64,000 nt of DNA from an uncultured delta proteobacterium (GCA_963845145.1 CAWJQU010000008.1:64001-128000), one strand, 5' to 3'; shown: positions 1 through 10,030, counted from the stretch's first letter. Numbers and translations: made by a program. Notes: a model not told the origin generated them from the sequence alone.

Positions 1-1
1 G

Positions 2-454
2 GAATGGCTGCAGGCGAATCAACATACCGGTCCCATTATGCTGATGGGCCGCTCCCTGGGAAGCGCATCGGTGCTGGAACTGGCCGGCACTCACCAGGAT
101 CAAATAGACGGTCTGATCATCGAGAGCGGCTTTGCGTATGCAGAACCGTTGTTGCGCCTGCTGGGGATCGATCCCGAAGCCATCGGCTTCAAAGAGAGCG
201 AGGGGTTTCGCAACATCGATAAGATCAGGTCCATCACTCGGCCGACACTGATTATTCATGCCGAGCATGACCACATCATTCCCTTTTCCGACGGCCAGGT
301 GCTTTTCGAGGCCTCCTCCGCGGAGGACAAACGATTGGTTAAAATTCCCGAAGCCAACCACAACGATATCTTTTACCGTGGCCATGATATTTATCTTGCA
401 GCCATTCGGGATTTTACCTCACGCGTGAGCAATAAAAACCGGCCCACGGGCTAA
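2..454 (+). CDS. Alpha/beta hydrolase, 5'-truncated by window edge
   Basis: GRSLG nucleophile elbow, IIHAEHD (Asp) and ANHND (His) motifs; frame open from position 2. Confidence 0.85.
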   Translation, partial: EWLQANQHTGPIMLMGRSLGSASVLELAGTHQDQIDGLIIESGFAYAEPLLRLLGIDPEAIGFKESEGFRNIDKIRSITRPTLIIHAEHDHIIPFSDGQVLFEASSAEDKRLVKIPEANHNDIFYRGHDIYLAAIRDFTSRVSNKNRPTG

Positions 455-476
455 ACCGGCCAACTTAAGGATTTAT

Positions 477-2453
477 ATGACCGAACTTTTCGAACTCAAT
501 GCCCAACAGGAGCTGGCCGCCAAATACGACCAGGGCCACGTGCTCGTTCTGGCCGGTGCCGGCACCGGTAAAACACGCACCATCATTGCGCGTGCAGCCT
601 ATCTGATCCAAAAGGGCATTGAACCCAATCGCATATTGCTGCTGACATTTACCCGCCGGGCCGCCCGTGAGATGACCGAACGTCTCGTAAAATTGGTGGG
701 CAAAAATAAAGTCAGTTTAATGGCGGGTACCTTTCACCATTTCTGCCTGTATACCATGCGGCGTATGCCGGCCCGTTTCGGCCTGCAGGGAACCACCGTG
801 ATCGACCGTGACGATCAAAACCAGCTGATGAAATTAATTCGGGCCGAGTATCGTCATAAAGGAGAGCAGTTTCCACGGGCGGCGGAGCTTGTTCGACTCA
901 ATTCATATGCTCGCAACACGACCCAGCCCATAGCGGAATATTTGTCGGCCTATACCGACTACGAGCCGGAGATAGCCGATCGTATCTGTGAAATCGCCCT
1001 GGCTTTTGACCGTCGTAAACGGGACAATGGGTATCTCGATTACGATGATATTCTATATCTGTTCGCCAAGCGGCTCCATGAAGATCCGCTTGCCCGGAAT
1101 GAGGTTCGGGCCCGGTATGACCATGTTTTGGTGGATGAGATGCAGGATACCAACCCCCTTCAATGGCTGATTTTAGATGGCCTGCGCGACCCGGCCCGCC
1201 TCTTTTGTGTAGGTGACGACGCCCAGAGCATTTATGCTTTTCGGGGGGCGGATTTTCGCAATGTGCATTCGTTCTCAGATCGCATCCCGGAGGCGGTCAC
1301 CTTGCGCCTGGAAAAAAATTACCGCTCCACCCAAGGAATTCTCGATCTTTCTAACTGGTTGCTGCAGGAATCCCCCATCGGCTATAATAAACATCTAAGT
1401 GCCCATCGCCGTACGGTGAACAAACCCCGTTTGATGACCTTTGACAGCGATTTCGATGAAGCCCGCTGGATCGCTGACGACCTTATCGAACGGCATGAAA
1501 CCGGTGCCCTCTGGAAGGACCACATGATTATCACCCGCACCGGGTTCGGTGCCCGGGCTGTGGAATCTTTTATGGTGGAAAAAAAGATCCCTTACCGCTT
1601 CGTCGGCGGGGTCAGCCTGCTTCATGCGGCCCACGTCAAGGATCTGCTTTGCCTGATCCGGGCCTCAGCCAGTCAGCACGATGAACTGGCCTGGGCCCGA
1701 TACCTGACCATGTGGCCCCGTATCGGCGACGCCACCGCCGCAAAGCTGATAAAAAGCATGCGCGCCCATTCCCATGTGGACGATGCCGTCGCCGCCTTGA
1801 AAAAAGGGTTGAAAGGAAGAGAAAATATTATTCAGGGAATCTATCTTATTCAGGAATACTGGGACAATCCCGCCGAAACCGTTGATCAGGCCGGCCGGTT
1901 TTTGGAACAACTTTTAGAAAAAAAATACGATAACTGGAAAATACGTAAAAAAGATTTCGATCTGCTTTCGCGCCTGGCCGGCAGGCATCGCAGTTTGATG
2001 GCTTTTATCGAGACATATACCTTAGACCCCATTTCAACCAGCGAGTCCGAACGGCTGGAACAAGACGATGTGGTCACCCTGACCACCGCCCATAGCGCCA
2101 AGGGTACCGAAGCGCAGGTTTGTTATCTGATTCGGGTTGAACCCGGCATGTACCCCCACATTCGCAGCCTGGGCGTACAGGATCAGGAAGAGGAGGAACG
2201 ACGCACCCTGTATGTAGCCATGACCCGGGCCAAAGACGAATTGATCATCACCCGGACCTTCCGACCTTACGGTCCGGTACACATGCCCTATTCCGCTACC
2301 GGTGCCCATAGTGCCGGCGAAACCGTCTATTTTTTACAATCCCTCCCGGAAGAACTGGTCGATACAGACTTCATCGACCCGGATCCGGTCGCCTTCGACG
2401 ACTATGACAACATCACCCCTTGGCGACGCAAGGGTGACGGCATTGATTTTTAG
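477..2453 (+). CDS. UvrD/Rep/PcrA family SF1 ATP-dependent DNA helicase
   Basis: AGAGTGKT Walker A, VLVDEMQD, VGDDAQSIYAFRGA, NYRS, TAHSAKGTE, EERRTLYVAMTRAK. Confidence 0.95.
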   Translation: MTELFELNAQQELAAKYDQGHVLVLAGAGTGKTRTIIARAAYLIQKGIEPNRILLLTFTRRAAREMTERLVKLVGKNKVSLMAGTFHHFCLYTMRRMPARFGLQGTTVIDRDDQNQLMKLIRAEYRHKGEQFPRAAELVRLNSYARNTTQPIAEYLSAYTDYEPEIADRICEIALAFDRRKRDNGYLDYDDILYLFAKRLHEDPLARNEVRARYDHVLVDEMQDTNPLQWLILDGLRDPARLFCVGDDAQSIYAFRGADFRNVHSFSDRIPEAVTLRLEKNYRSTQGILDLSNWLLQESPIGYNKHLSAHRRTVNKPRLMTFDSDFDEARWIADDLIERHETGALWKDHMIITRTGFGARAVESFMVEKKIPYRFVGGVSLLHAAHVKDLLCLIRASASQHDELAWARYLTMWPRIGDATAAKLIKSMRAHSHVDDAVAALKKGLKGRENIIQGIYLIQEYWDNPAETVDQAGRFLEQLLEKKYDNWKIRKKDFDLLSRLAGRHRSLMAFIETYTLDPISTSESERLEQDDVVTLTTAHSAKGTEAQVCYLIRVEPGMYPHIRSLGVQDQEEEERRTLYVAMTRAKDELIITRTFRPYGPVHMPYSATGAHSAGETVYFLQSLPEELVDTDFIDPDPVAFDDYDNITPWRRKGDGIDF

Positions 2454-2464
2454 ATAGGGGACGG

Positions 2465-3874
2465 ATGACGGATCAAACGCCCCTTTTAACACCCCCTCGA
2501 CGGATCAAGCGCATCCACCCGACCCTTCCCGTGTTTGCATTGCCCATCGACCATCGGACAGCACTTTACACGCCCGGACACGTATTAGCGGCCCCGTCAG
2601 ATTGGTTGGCCCAACTGGATGCCGCCTGGAATAAAAACAGGCCCATAGCGATTCCTGAAATAGCGGCACTATCATTGAAGCTGGAACACCATGCCAGACT
2701 GGCCGTTTCGCAATGGGAAAGCAAAAGAACGGCCCCGTTTGAACCCGAATGTTTGATTGTTTATATAAGCAACCGGTGTAATTGCCGGTGTACGTATTGT
2801 TTCACAAAAGAACAGATTGCGGTTTCTGATGGGGATTCAAACCCCGCAGAATTAATCACTGACGAAAAAGCGATATCGAGTGCAACCGATCTGGTACTGA
2901 CCCATTGCTGCAAAACCGGCCGACCTTTCCGTCTGGTGATTCATGGTGGCGGCGAGCCCACCGTGCATATGGACAGGGTTCGCAGGATTTGCGCCTTAAC
3001 CCGGCGCAAAGCATCTGAAAGCGGTGTATCATGGTGGGGTTATGTGGCTACCAATGGGGTCATGACCGCCCGGCAGGCCCAATGGTTGGGGGCGAATATT
3101 GATATGGTTGGGCTTTCCTGCGATGGCCCGCCGGAAATTCATAATGCCCAACGGCCGTTGGCAAACGGCGAGAAATCCTTCCCGAAGGTCATGTCAACCG
3201 CTAAAATACTACATGCTGCGGGGACCCCGTTTACCATTCGATCGACGATTACAAAAGAAACGATCAACCGGCAAAAAGAAATTGCCACCTTTCTTATAGA
3301 GCAATTATACGCCCAGGAGATTCGATTTGAGCCGGTTTACGATGTTAACCCCGCCGGTGCCGCGTGTTTTTCCAGAGAGGATGCCTTTCGGTTTGCAAAT
3401 GGATTTTTAGAAGCCGATGCAGAAGTCAGAAAACGGGGAGGCCGGTTGATTTATGCCGGATTGCGTCCCGATGAGCTTCACGGGCCTTATTGCAACCTGT
3501 TGCGGGCCGCTTTACATGTGATCCCTCCGGCGCATATATCGGCTTGCTTTTTCACCACATCGGCCAACACCCCCACGTGCCGACATGGCGTGGTCGGCGG
3601 TTGGCATGCACGTAGCAACCGGATTACCATAGACCACGAGGAATTGATGCGACACAAGGAAAGGGCGCAGGAATTACCACCCCAATGTCTGGATTGCGCT
3701 AATATTTACCATTGCAGTCGGGGATGTCCTCAAGTATGTCGGGTCCTAGAAAAAAATCGTCGTCACGTGTCGGATTTCCATTGTCATGTAGCCCTGAGGC
3801 TTATAACCTCCAGAATATACCGCCAGGCAACGAATCAGCCGCATGGGCCGGATTCCATGCAGGCGGGATCATAA
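2465..3874 (+). CDS. Radical SAM/SPASM-type maturase 1 (RiPP cluster)
   Basis: CNCRCTYC (CX3CX2C), HGGGEP, ATNG, SCDGPPEIHNAQR; C-terminal CLDCANIYHCSRGC (CX2CX5CX3C). Confidence 0.9.
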   Translation: MTDQTPLLTPPRRIKRIHPTLPVFALPIDHRTALYTPGHVLAAPSDWLAQLDAAWNKNRPIAIPEIAALSLKLEHHARLAVSQWESKRTAPFEPECLIVYISNRCNCRCTYCFTKEQIAVSDGDSNPAELITDEKAISSATDLVLTHCCKTGRPFRLVIHGGGEPTVHMDRVRRICALTRRKASESGVSWWGYVATNGVMTARQAQWLGANIDMVGLSCDGPPEIHNAQRPLANGEKSFPKVMSTAKILHAAGTPFTIRSTITKETINRQKEIATFLIEQLYAQEIRFEPVYDVNPAGAACFSREDAFRFANGFLEADAEVRKRGGRLIYAGLRPDELHGPYCNLLRAALHVIPPAHISACFFTTSANTPTCRHGVVGGWHARSNRITIDHEELMRHKERAQELPPQCLDCANIYHCSRGCPQVCRVLEKNRRHVSDFHCHVALRLITSRIYRQATNQPHGPDSMQAGS

Positions 3875-3876
3875 AA

Positions 3877-4344
3877 ATGGTCATATCAACCCAATATAAA
3901 ACCACCGCGCACGCCGGAAGCTGGCATTCCCTTGTCTTGATTCTGGTTGAATCATGGCAAGCCCCGCCCATCTGGAAGAAACATTTAGAAAAAATTTCCG
4001 TACCGGAACTCATCGATCGCATTGAAAAAGAAGCGGCCCTTTTTCCGGGACTTATGGCACCCCAAAGCCTTATTGGGCTATTAGTCCGTTTACGAACGAT
4101 TTTGAGTATTCGCTGGCGGCGTAATCGATGCCTCTTGAGGGGATTACTTCTAATGCATTTTTTTTCGAGGGCAGGCAGGCGGGCGACGTTCCATTTGAGC
4201 TGCCACATCAATGCAATCGGCAATGTGGGGGGCCACTGCTGGGTATCGCTACCCGGGACAAAGAGAGATAAGCGGGCCAAACTCAAAAATGGATGGGTTG
4301 AAATTTATACCCATACCCTCACGCAACCCCACACTCACAGATAA
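3877..4344 (+). CDS. Lasso-peptide B2-like (transglutaminase-like) leader peptidase
   Basis: RCLLRGLLLMHFF and GHCWV match the B2 CLxRSL...HAWV motifs; ATG 3877 is 2 nt after the upstream stop (track start 3712 overlaps the upstream gene). Confidence 0.75.
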   Translation: MVISTQYKTTAHAGSWHSLVLILVESWQAPPIWKKHLEKISVPELIDRIEKEAALFPGLMAPQSLIGLLVRLRTILSIRWRRNRCLLRGLLLMHFFSRAGRRATFHLSCHINAIGNVGGHCWVSLPGTKRDKRAKLKNGWVEIYTHTLTQPHTHR

Positions 4345-4345
4345 T

Positions 4346-6109
4346 ATGATTCCAGGCACCAGCACCCACACATACCACAAGCTTCCCGATGAAAAATTGC
4401 CTGCCGGGGCTTTTTTTCGTAAAATTAAACGGCTGCTTCACTTGCTCTACCCACAGGTCCGTCCGTACCGGCGGCTGATCATTGCGAGTTGGCTGGTAAT
4501 GGCCACGCTCTCGGCCGCCTCGGCGGCACCGGTCCTTTTGGCCCGCAAAATTGTCGAAGATTTCCAGGATCATGCCGATCACCTGTTGCGATCTTTATCT
4601 TTATTGGCGGCGATCATTGTTTTGATCAGCATTTTTCGTTTTCTATGTACCCTTGCGTTAGGCGCCATCAACTATCGGGTTCAGCATGCCTTGGAGATTC
4701 AATACGCGACCAAAATCGTAGCGACGCCCCTTTCCTATTACGATACCAATACATCCGGTGCCATCTCTATCGCCCCCTTTCTGCAGCTGCCCTTGCTAAC
4801 CCGCCTGGTGGAGCTACTTTTGGGACATTTTGTGCAGGCCGCACTAACCATCATCGCCATACTCGGCGTACTGTTTTACTTGAGCCCTTCAATCGGCGCC
4901 ATTTGCACCGGGTTACTTCCACTGTTTTTTCTGGGATCAATTTATGCCGGTAAGGAAATTGAGCGCAATGTAAAACGCACGTTTGCCCATATCGCAAGCA
5001 TGCACAGCCACATGCTCGAATCGCTGATTTCCATAAAATCCATTCGAACGCTGGGCATATCGGGAAAACGAATTTCCGAACTCGGATCGATCGCAAAGGA
5101 CACCCTGGATGCGGAGATCAAAACCCTGATTGCCGCCGGAATCACGCGGCTAGGCGTGGAAGTTGTCTTTGCAGCAGGGATTGTTGCGGTAATCCTGATC
5201 TTGCGGTTCTACTATGCCGAGGGGTCGATTACACTTGGGCTTTGTGCCGCCGTGCTGACCGGATTCGGCATGCTCGTGCGTGAAATTCGAAAACTCAATC
5301 GAGGGGTCGTGGAATTAAGACGGATTGCGGGAGCCACGCCCCGGGTGGTTAATATTCTTTCCCAATCGAGCCAACCACAAACCTCGGCAATGAAACCGGG
5401 GCCGGTACAGGTGAATTCTGTCCGGATAGAACGGCTATGTTTTTCCTACAAAGAGGGAACAGCTGTCTTAAACGAATTGAACATGGTGTTTTTCAGAGGT
5501 TGCATAACCGCCATTATCGGGGAAAGTGGCGCCGGAAAATCAACCATTGCCGATCTCCTTTTGCGGCTTAGGCGCCCCCATCAGGGGCGGATTGTTTTAA
5601 ATACGAACACCCCTTTGGCCGAACTGGATGAGAGCTGGCTCAGAGAAGCGGTCGCCTTTGTAGACCAGGAGCCCTTTCTTTTCAATCTGACGATCCGCGA
5701 AAATCTTCTGCTATCCGAACCCAACCTAAGCGATACCGATTTATACGAATCGTTGGCGGCAGCAGGTGCCGACACGTTTGTGAGATCATTACCAGCGGGT
5801 TTGGATACCCGTGTCGGCGAAGGGGGCGGGCTTGTTTCCGTCGGCGAAAAACAGCGTATCGCGTTGGCCAGAGCCCTTACCAAAAACCCTTCCGTCCTGG
5901 TGTTGGATGAGGTCACCAGTGCGCTCGATATAAAAAACGAAGCCACTATTTTGCAGACATTAAAGCAATTGGCGCCAAACATGGTCATCGTCCTGATTAC
6001 GCATAAAGAGAGTGTGGCAGACCAGTGTGATCGGGTTTATTACATAAAAAATACCGCCGCAGAATTAATCAAAAAGGTAGCCAGTCTCGATGCCCCCAAC
6101 ACCCTCTAA
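4346..6109 (+). CDS. ABC exporter, fused TMD+NBD, no C39 peptidase domain
   Basis: Multiple TM segments, then GESGAGKS, VSVGEKQR signature, VLVLDE, ITHK; ATG 4346 is 1 nt after the B2 stop. Confidence 0.93.
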   Translation: MIPGTSTHTYHKLPDEKLPAGAFFRKIKRLLHLLYPQVRPYRRLIIASWLVMATLSAASAAPVLLARKIVEDFQDHADHLLRSLSLLAAIIVLISIFRFLCTLALGAINYRVQHALEIQYATKIVATPLSYYDTNTSGAISIAPFLQLPLLTRLVELLLGHFVQAALTIIAILGVLFYLSPSIGAICTGLLPLFFLGSIYAGKEIERNVKRTFAHIASMHSHMLESLISIKSIRTLGISGKRISELGSIAKDTLDAEIKTLIAAGITRLGVEVVFAAGIVAVILILRFYYAEGSITLGLCAAVLTGFGMLVREIRKLNRGVVELRRIAGATPRVVNILSQSSQPQTSAMKPGPVQVNSVRIERLCFSYKEGTAVLNELNMVFFRGCITAIIGESGAGKSTIADLLLRLRRPHQGRIVLNTNTPLAELDESWLREAVAFVDQEPFLFNLTIRENLLLSEPNLSDTDLYESLAAAGADTFVRSLPAGLDTRVGEGGGLVSVGEKQRIALARALTKNPSVLVLDEVTSALDIKNEATILQTLKQLAPNMVIVLITHKESVADQCDRVYYIKNTAAELIKKVASLDAPNTL

Positions 6110-7472
6110 AAATATCAAGGCTGTTGACGATCAGTTAAAAGAGATCTTGAAATGGGTACCGGCAAACGTGGGAGAAGAGATAACCCAGCAGTGGCGCGCG
6201 ATTGCCAGGACCTTCAGCTTAAAACACCGAGGCCTTCCCAACCCAGCCTGGGCTGCGGGATTCAAAGAAGATGGCCCCACGGCCTGGGAACGGATCGGCG
6301 GCCGCAAAGAATGCCGCTTTTCCAAAAACATATCGGTCTACCTGCATGTGCCCTTTTGCAATCGGCGCTGCGGATTTTGCGATTGTATTTCCATAAGCCT
6401 TAAAGACGGAGGCACCGCGGCCGTTCGTCGGTTCACCGAAAAAATCGTGGCCGAAATTCGTACCTGGGCTTCTGTTCTCGGTTCCGAAAAACATCCGGTG
6501 ACCACCGTTCATTTCGGCGGCGGCACGCCTACTATTTTAGGCCCCAACCGATTAAATGAAATCGTCGAGGCGTTGCGCGTTTATCCGGGTGCGGATGACA
6601 CAACGGAGTGGGCGCTTGAAACCACGTCACGAACCTTGCGAGGGTTCGGACTGGACCGGATAAAGGAGATGGGGTTTTCACGTCTTCATATCGGTGTCCA
6701 AACCCTGGATGATGCCTGCCGCACAAAACTTGGCAGACGGGACAGTTCAAGAATCGTCCTTGAAACGATTACGGCGGCGATGGATATGGGCTTTGTGGTA
6801 TCGGTCGACCTGATTTATGGCCTGCCCGGCCAACGGTTTGATCTTTTTTTTAGCGACCTGAAAAAATTGGTGGCTATCGGGATTCACGGTGTATCGCTAT
6901 ACGAACTCCAGGTATCCCAACGCAACCATTCTTTTTTGCAGGGCCTGGGCATGGGCGACAAAAATTCGGAAAACAGGTATCTTTATTTTCAGGCTGGCGA
7001 AAGCTATTTGAAAGATAACGGGTTTAAGAAAAACCATTTCGTCCACTTTGCCCGGCCTTCAGATCGACAGCGCTACTACCGCCACGCCATACGGAGCGAA
7101 GACTTACTATCCTTCGGACCAACGGCCGATGGTCGTTTCGGACATTATCTGTATCGTCACCACGACTATCATGAGTACATGTCCGCCGCGCCCCCCGGAC
7201 TTGCCGGTGGCATGTTTGAATCGGATGTAGAACGGTTTATCCATCGCGCCAAATCGGATCTGATGGCCGGTGCCATCACCCGGAAAAGGATCAAAGAGGT
7301 TGCGGCCGGCTCACTGTTGGCGTTATGGGTGGCCCACGATTTTCTGGCCACGGCCCCCGGCGAAGACCGCTTTGATTTAACCGCCAATGGGTCATGGTTT
7401 TTAGCGCTGATGTTGACACAACTTCATCAGCAGGCGTCGAAACAGATAACCAACCAATCGTTGGAGCGCTAA
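6090..7472 (+). CDS. HemN-like radical SAM enzyme (candidate class C methyltransferase)
   Basis: VYLHVPFCNRRCGFC, VHFGGGTPT, RLHIGVQT, SVDLIYGLPGQ, VSLYEL; overlaps the ABC gene end. Confidence 0.88.
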   Translation: MPPTPSKNIKAVDDQLKEILKWVPANVGEEITQQWRAIARTFSLKHRGLPNPAWAAGFKEDGPTAWERIGGRKECRFSKNISVYLHVPFCNRRCGFCDCISISLKDGGTAAVRRFTEKIVAEIRTWASVLGSEKHPVTTVHFGGGTPTILGPNRLNEIVEALRVYPGADDTTEWALETTSRTLRGFGLDRIKEMGFSRLHIGVQTLDDACRTKLGRRDSSRIVLETITAAMDMGFVVSVDLIYGLPGQRFDLFFSDLKKLVAIGIHGVSLYELQVSQRNHSFLQGLGMGDKNSENRYLYFQAGESYLKDNGFKKNHFVHFARPSDRQRYYRHAIRSEDLLSFGPTADGRFGHYLYRHHDYHEYMSAAPPGLAGGMFESDVERFIHRAKSDLMAGAITRKRIKEVAAGSLLALWVAHDFLATAPGEDRFDLTANGSWFLALMLTQLHQQASKQITNQSLER

Positions 7473-7479
7473 CCAAATA

Positions 7480-8889
7480 ATGCCGATTAATAGTAATCCA
7501 TTCAAAAAAGAAGGCCCTGGGGATGTGTTTGCCCTTTCGGTCGGTGAGCACTGGCTTCTTTATGCCCCCGGGCATGATGTCCTGGCCCTGGTGACGGAAA
7601 AGATATTAGCGGGCTTTACTGGTCATCGAGTCTTACCGAAACCACGGATGCTAACCCAATTGGCGGACAAGCTCGCCGCTGTCCCAAAAAGGGTTCCCGA
7701 TATTCCTACGGGCGCTTTTGATCCCCGTTTTCTGGGGATTGTGCCCACGCGGACCTGTAATTTTGCATGTCGCTATTGCGCTTTTGACGCTGAGGCAGCC
7801 CGGGAAGATATTGTGGATACCGAGTTCTTTCTGACGGCCGTCGATTGGATGGCCGAACAGGTCGTTCAAAACGGCGGTAAAACCCTGCGCATTGATTTTT
7901 TTGGGGGAGAACCCTTGATGGTCCCTAAGACGCTGGAAACGATTATCCATTACGCCCATAAGGTCGGCCGGAAAAACGGACTTGTCCCCCAAAGTGAAAT
8001 TGCCACAAACGGCTTTTGTAGTGAACGCCGGGCACATCTTATCGCCGATCATATTGACTATATTGTTCTTTCTTTAGACGGCCCGTCTGATATTCAAGAC
8101 TATCACCGCCCCCTGGCATCAGGCGTCGGCAGCTTCGCTACGGTTGCAAAAAACGCTGAGATTATGGCTGCCGGCCATTGTCGCCTGGCTATCCGGGTTT
8201 GTGTAACCAGCGCCACCGTAAGCCGGGTCCCCGAAATCTGCCGGTGGCTTTGCCGCTGGCTAAAACCGGATTTTATCAATTTTGAATCCCTTAAACCCAC
8301 GCCGGAAAGCGAAGCCGCCGGTATAATACCGCCCGATCCCTGGGAATTTGGCCGCCAATTGCGGTCTGCAACCAGAATTGCAGCCACTCATGCGGTGCAT
8401 ATTGTTCAGGCCGCTGCAGATATAAATGAACTCCAGGGCTCTTTTTGCCCAGTGGGAAAAGACGTGCCGATTTTTTGTCCGGATGGAGAAATCAATGCCT
8501 GTTACCTTCCCCGGGACGCCTGGAAAAAAAGTGGCCTCGATTTTAGGATGGGCAACTACACCACCAACGGACAGATCCATATTGATACGGCCGCCATTCA
8601 GCGTATTCGTGAATATACGACTCACCGCAACCGTTGTAAAAAGTGCTTTTGTCGGTGGCATTGTGCCGGTGGTTGCCACGTGGCCTGGCACAATTTAGAC
8701 GATCATACGACCTTACCACCGTTTTGCATTCAAACCCGGATGACGACTATCGGCCGGCTTTTGGATGCTTTAGGACTGGATGCAATGGCGGATGCGCTTA
8801 TGGACAACGAAAAGGCGCTCAAAACGTTGATATTAAAAAATTCAGATGCCCTGCAGGACTGGAATGAAGAACATGCCGAAATCGATTAA
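7480..8889 (+). CDS. Radical SAM/SPASM-type maturase 2, paralog of 2465-3874
   Basis: CNFACRYC, FFGGEP, ATNG, SLDGPSDIQDYHR; CKKCFCRWHCAGGC auxiliary-cluster motif. Confidence 0.9.
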   Translation: MPINSNPFKKEGPGDVFALSVGEHWLLYAPGHDVLALVTEKILAGFTGHRVLPKPRMLTQLADKLAAVPKRVPDIPTGAFDPRFLGIVPTRTCNFACRYCAFDAEAAREDIVDTEFFLTAVDWMAEQVVQNGGKTLRIDFFGGEPLMVPKTLETIIHYAHKVGRKNGLVPQSEIATNGFCSERRAHLIADHIDYIVLSLDGPSDIQDYHRPLASGVGSFATVAKNAEIMAAGHCRLAIRVCVTSATVSRVPEICRWLCRWLKPDFINFESLKPTPESEAAGIIPPDPWEFGRQLRSATRIAATHAVHIVQAAADINELQGSFCPVGKDVPIFCPDGEINACYLPRDAWKKSGLDFRMGNYTTNGQIHIDTAAIQRIREYTTHRNRCKKCFCRWHCAGGCHVAWHNLDDHTTLPPFCIQTRMTTIGRLLDALGLDAMADALMDNEKALKTLILKNSDALQDWNEEHAEID

Positions 8890-10030
8890 TAAGCTCCCTG
8901 AAAAGTTACAGGAGATACGATCGAGTGTCAGAAAATATCGATTAGAAAAAACCTTATTTGAACTGGAACATCATAGCCGGATTGAATCTTTTTTAAATCG
9001 CAAAAATGAACATCTGCCATCGTCAATCATGGAAAACGATGGTGAAGCACATTTCCTGGGCGCCTTGTCACCCGGCTGCCAGGCCTGTAAACTGGGACGG
9101 TGGGAATGCATTTTCGTTACCATGGAATGCAATACGGATTGTGATTTCTGCTGGCGCCCCACACACGCGACCCCGGCTCATCTTGGCTCGGTTTTCGGCG
9201 ACACCCCTGAAAAAGTGGCCGCCCACCTGGAAAAAAAACCACCGGCGGGCATCAGCTTTTCGGGGGGAGAGCCCTTTCTTTTTCCCGACAACCTGCTTGC
9301 ATGGATAAAAGGGATTGTCCCACGGTTTGAAGAGACTTATTTTTGGATTTACACCAATGGCCTCGTGGCCGGAAAAGAGATTCTAAAAGCCGTTGCCGCC
9401 GAAGGCGTTCATGAGGTCCGTTTCAATCTGGCCGCCACCGGATACAATCATCCCGACGTCATGAAAAACCTCACAGAGGCCGTACGCCTCCTCCCGAAGG
9501 TGACAGTTGAAATACCGGCCATTCCCGAGCATCGCGAATCCGTTTTAAAACATATTTATACCTGGGCCGAATTGGGCGTTCGCCATGTAAACCTGCATGA
9601 ACTGATCTACGAACCCGGAACCAATTCAGCGGTTATGCAAGGTTGCCGCAAACCACTTCAAAACCCGGATGGTCATGTTTGTCATTTTAACCCTGAAAGC
9701 CGCGACCTGACCCTGGCCGTTATGGCGGAGGTATCGGCCCATGGGATTCCCATCCACGTCAATGATTGTTCCATATCCAGCAAGCTACGGCAGATACGAG
9801 GCCGACGTCTTTTTCTATCCGAACACATGCGAAAACCGTATGAAGAAGTGGTTAATGGTGAGTTGTCTGCCGGATGTGCCTATAATAATGAGGCCCTGTT
9901 TTTTTTCAGGCCATCCGAAATAAAAACCATGAAAGAAAAACACGAAGCATTCACTTTTATCCAGGTAAGCCGTTTAATTCCTTTGTCCGCCCAGGCATCG
10001 GATCAGTGGGTTCGATTTGAACCCATGTAA
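8864..10030 (+). CDS. Radical SAM protein, PFL-activase-related (COG2108-like); start uncertain (8846/8864/8873)
   Basis: LSPGCQAC then CNTDCDFC, SFSGGEP, IYTNG, EVRFN, VTVEIPAIP. Confidence 0.82.
   Translation: MKNMPKSINKLPEKLQEIRSSVRKYRLEKTLFELEHHSRIESFLNRKNEHLPSSIMENDGEAHFLGALSPGCQACKLGRWECIFVTMECNTDCDFCWRPTHATPAHLGSVFGDTPEKVAAHLEKKPPAGISFSGGEPFLFPDNLLAWIKGIVPRFEETYFWIYTNGLVAGKEILKAVAAEGVHEVRFNLAATGYNHPDVMKNLTEAVRLLPKVTVEIPAIPEHRESVLKHIYTWAELGVRHVNLHELIYEPGTNSAVMQGCRKPLQNPDGHVCHFNPESRDLTLAVMAEVSAHGIPIHVNDCSISSKLRQIRGRRLFLSEHMRKPYEEVVNGELSAGCAYNNEALFFFRPSEIKTMKEKHEAFTFIQVSRLIPLSAQASDQWVRFEPM

Noticed and set aside
2..2453. Hydrolase and helicase as members of the RiPP cluster
   Set aside because: Co-oriented and only 11 bp upstream, but ordinary families with no evident link; the cluster more likely inserted behind them
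3712..3876. Ser-rich N-terminal extension of the B2 ORF as a second precursor
   Set aside because: It is an alternative frame of the upstream rSAM gene; ATG 3877 is the better start
6090..7472. Housekeeping hemN
   Set aside because: Embedded in a peptide-modification operon with no tetrapyrrole genes, so the symbol was withheld
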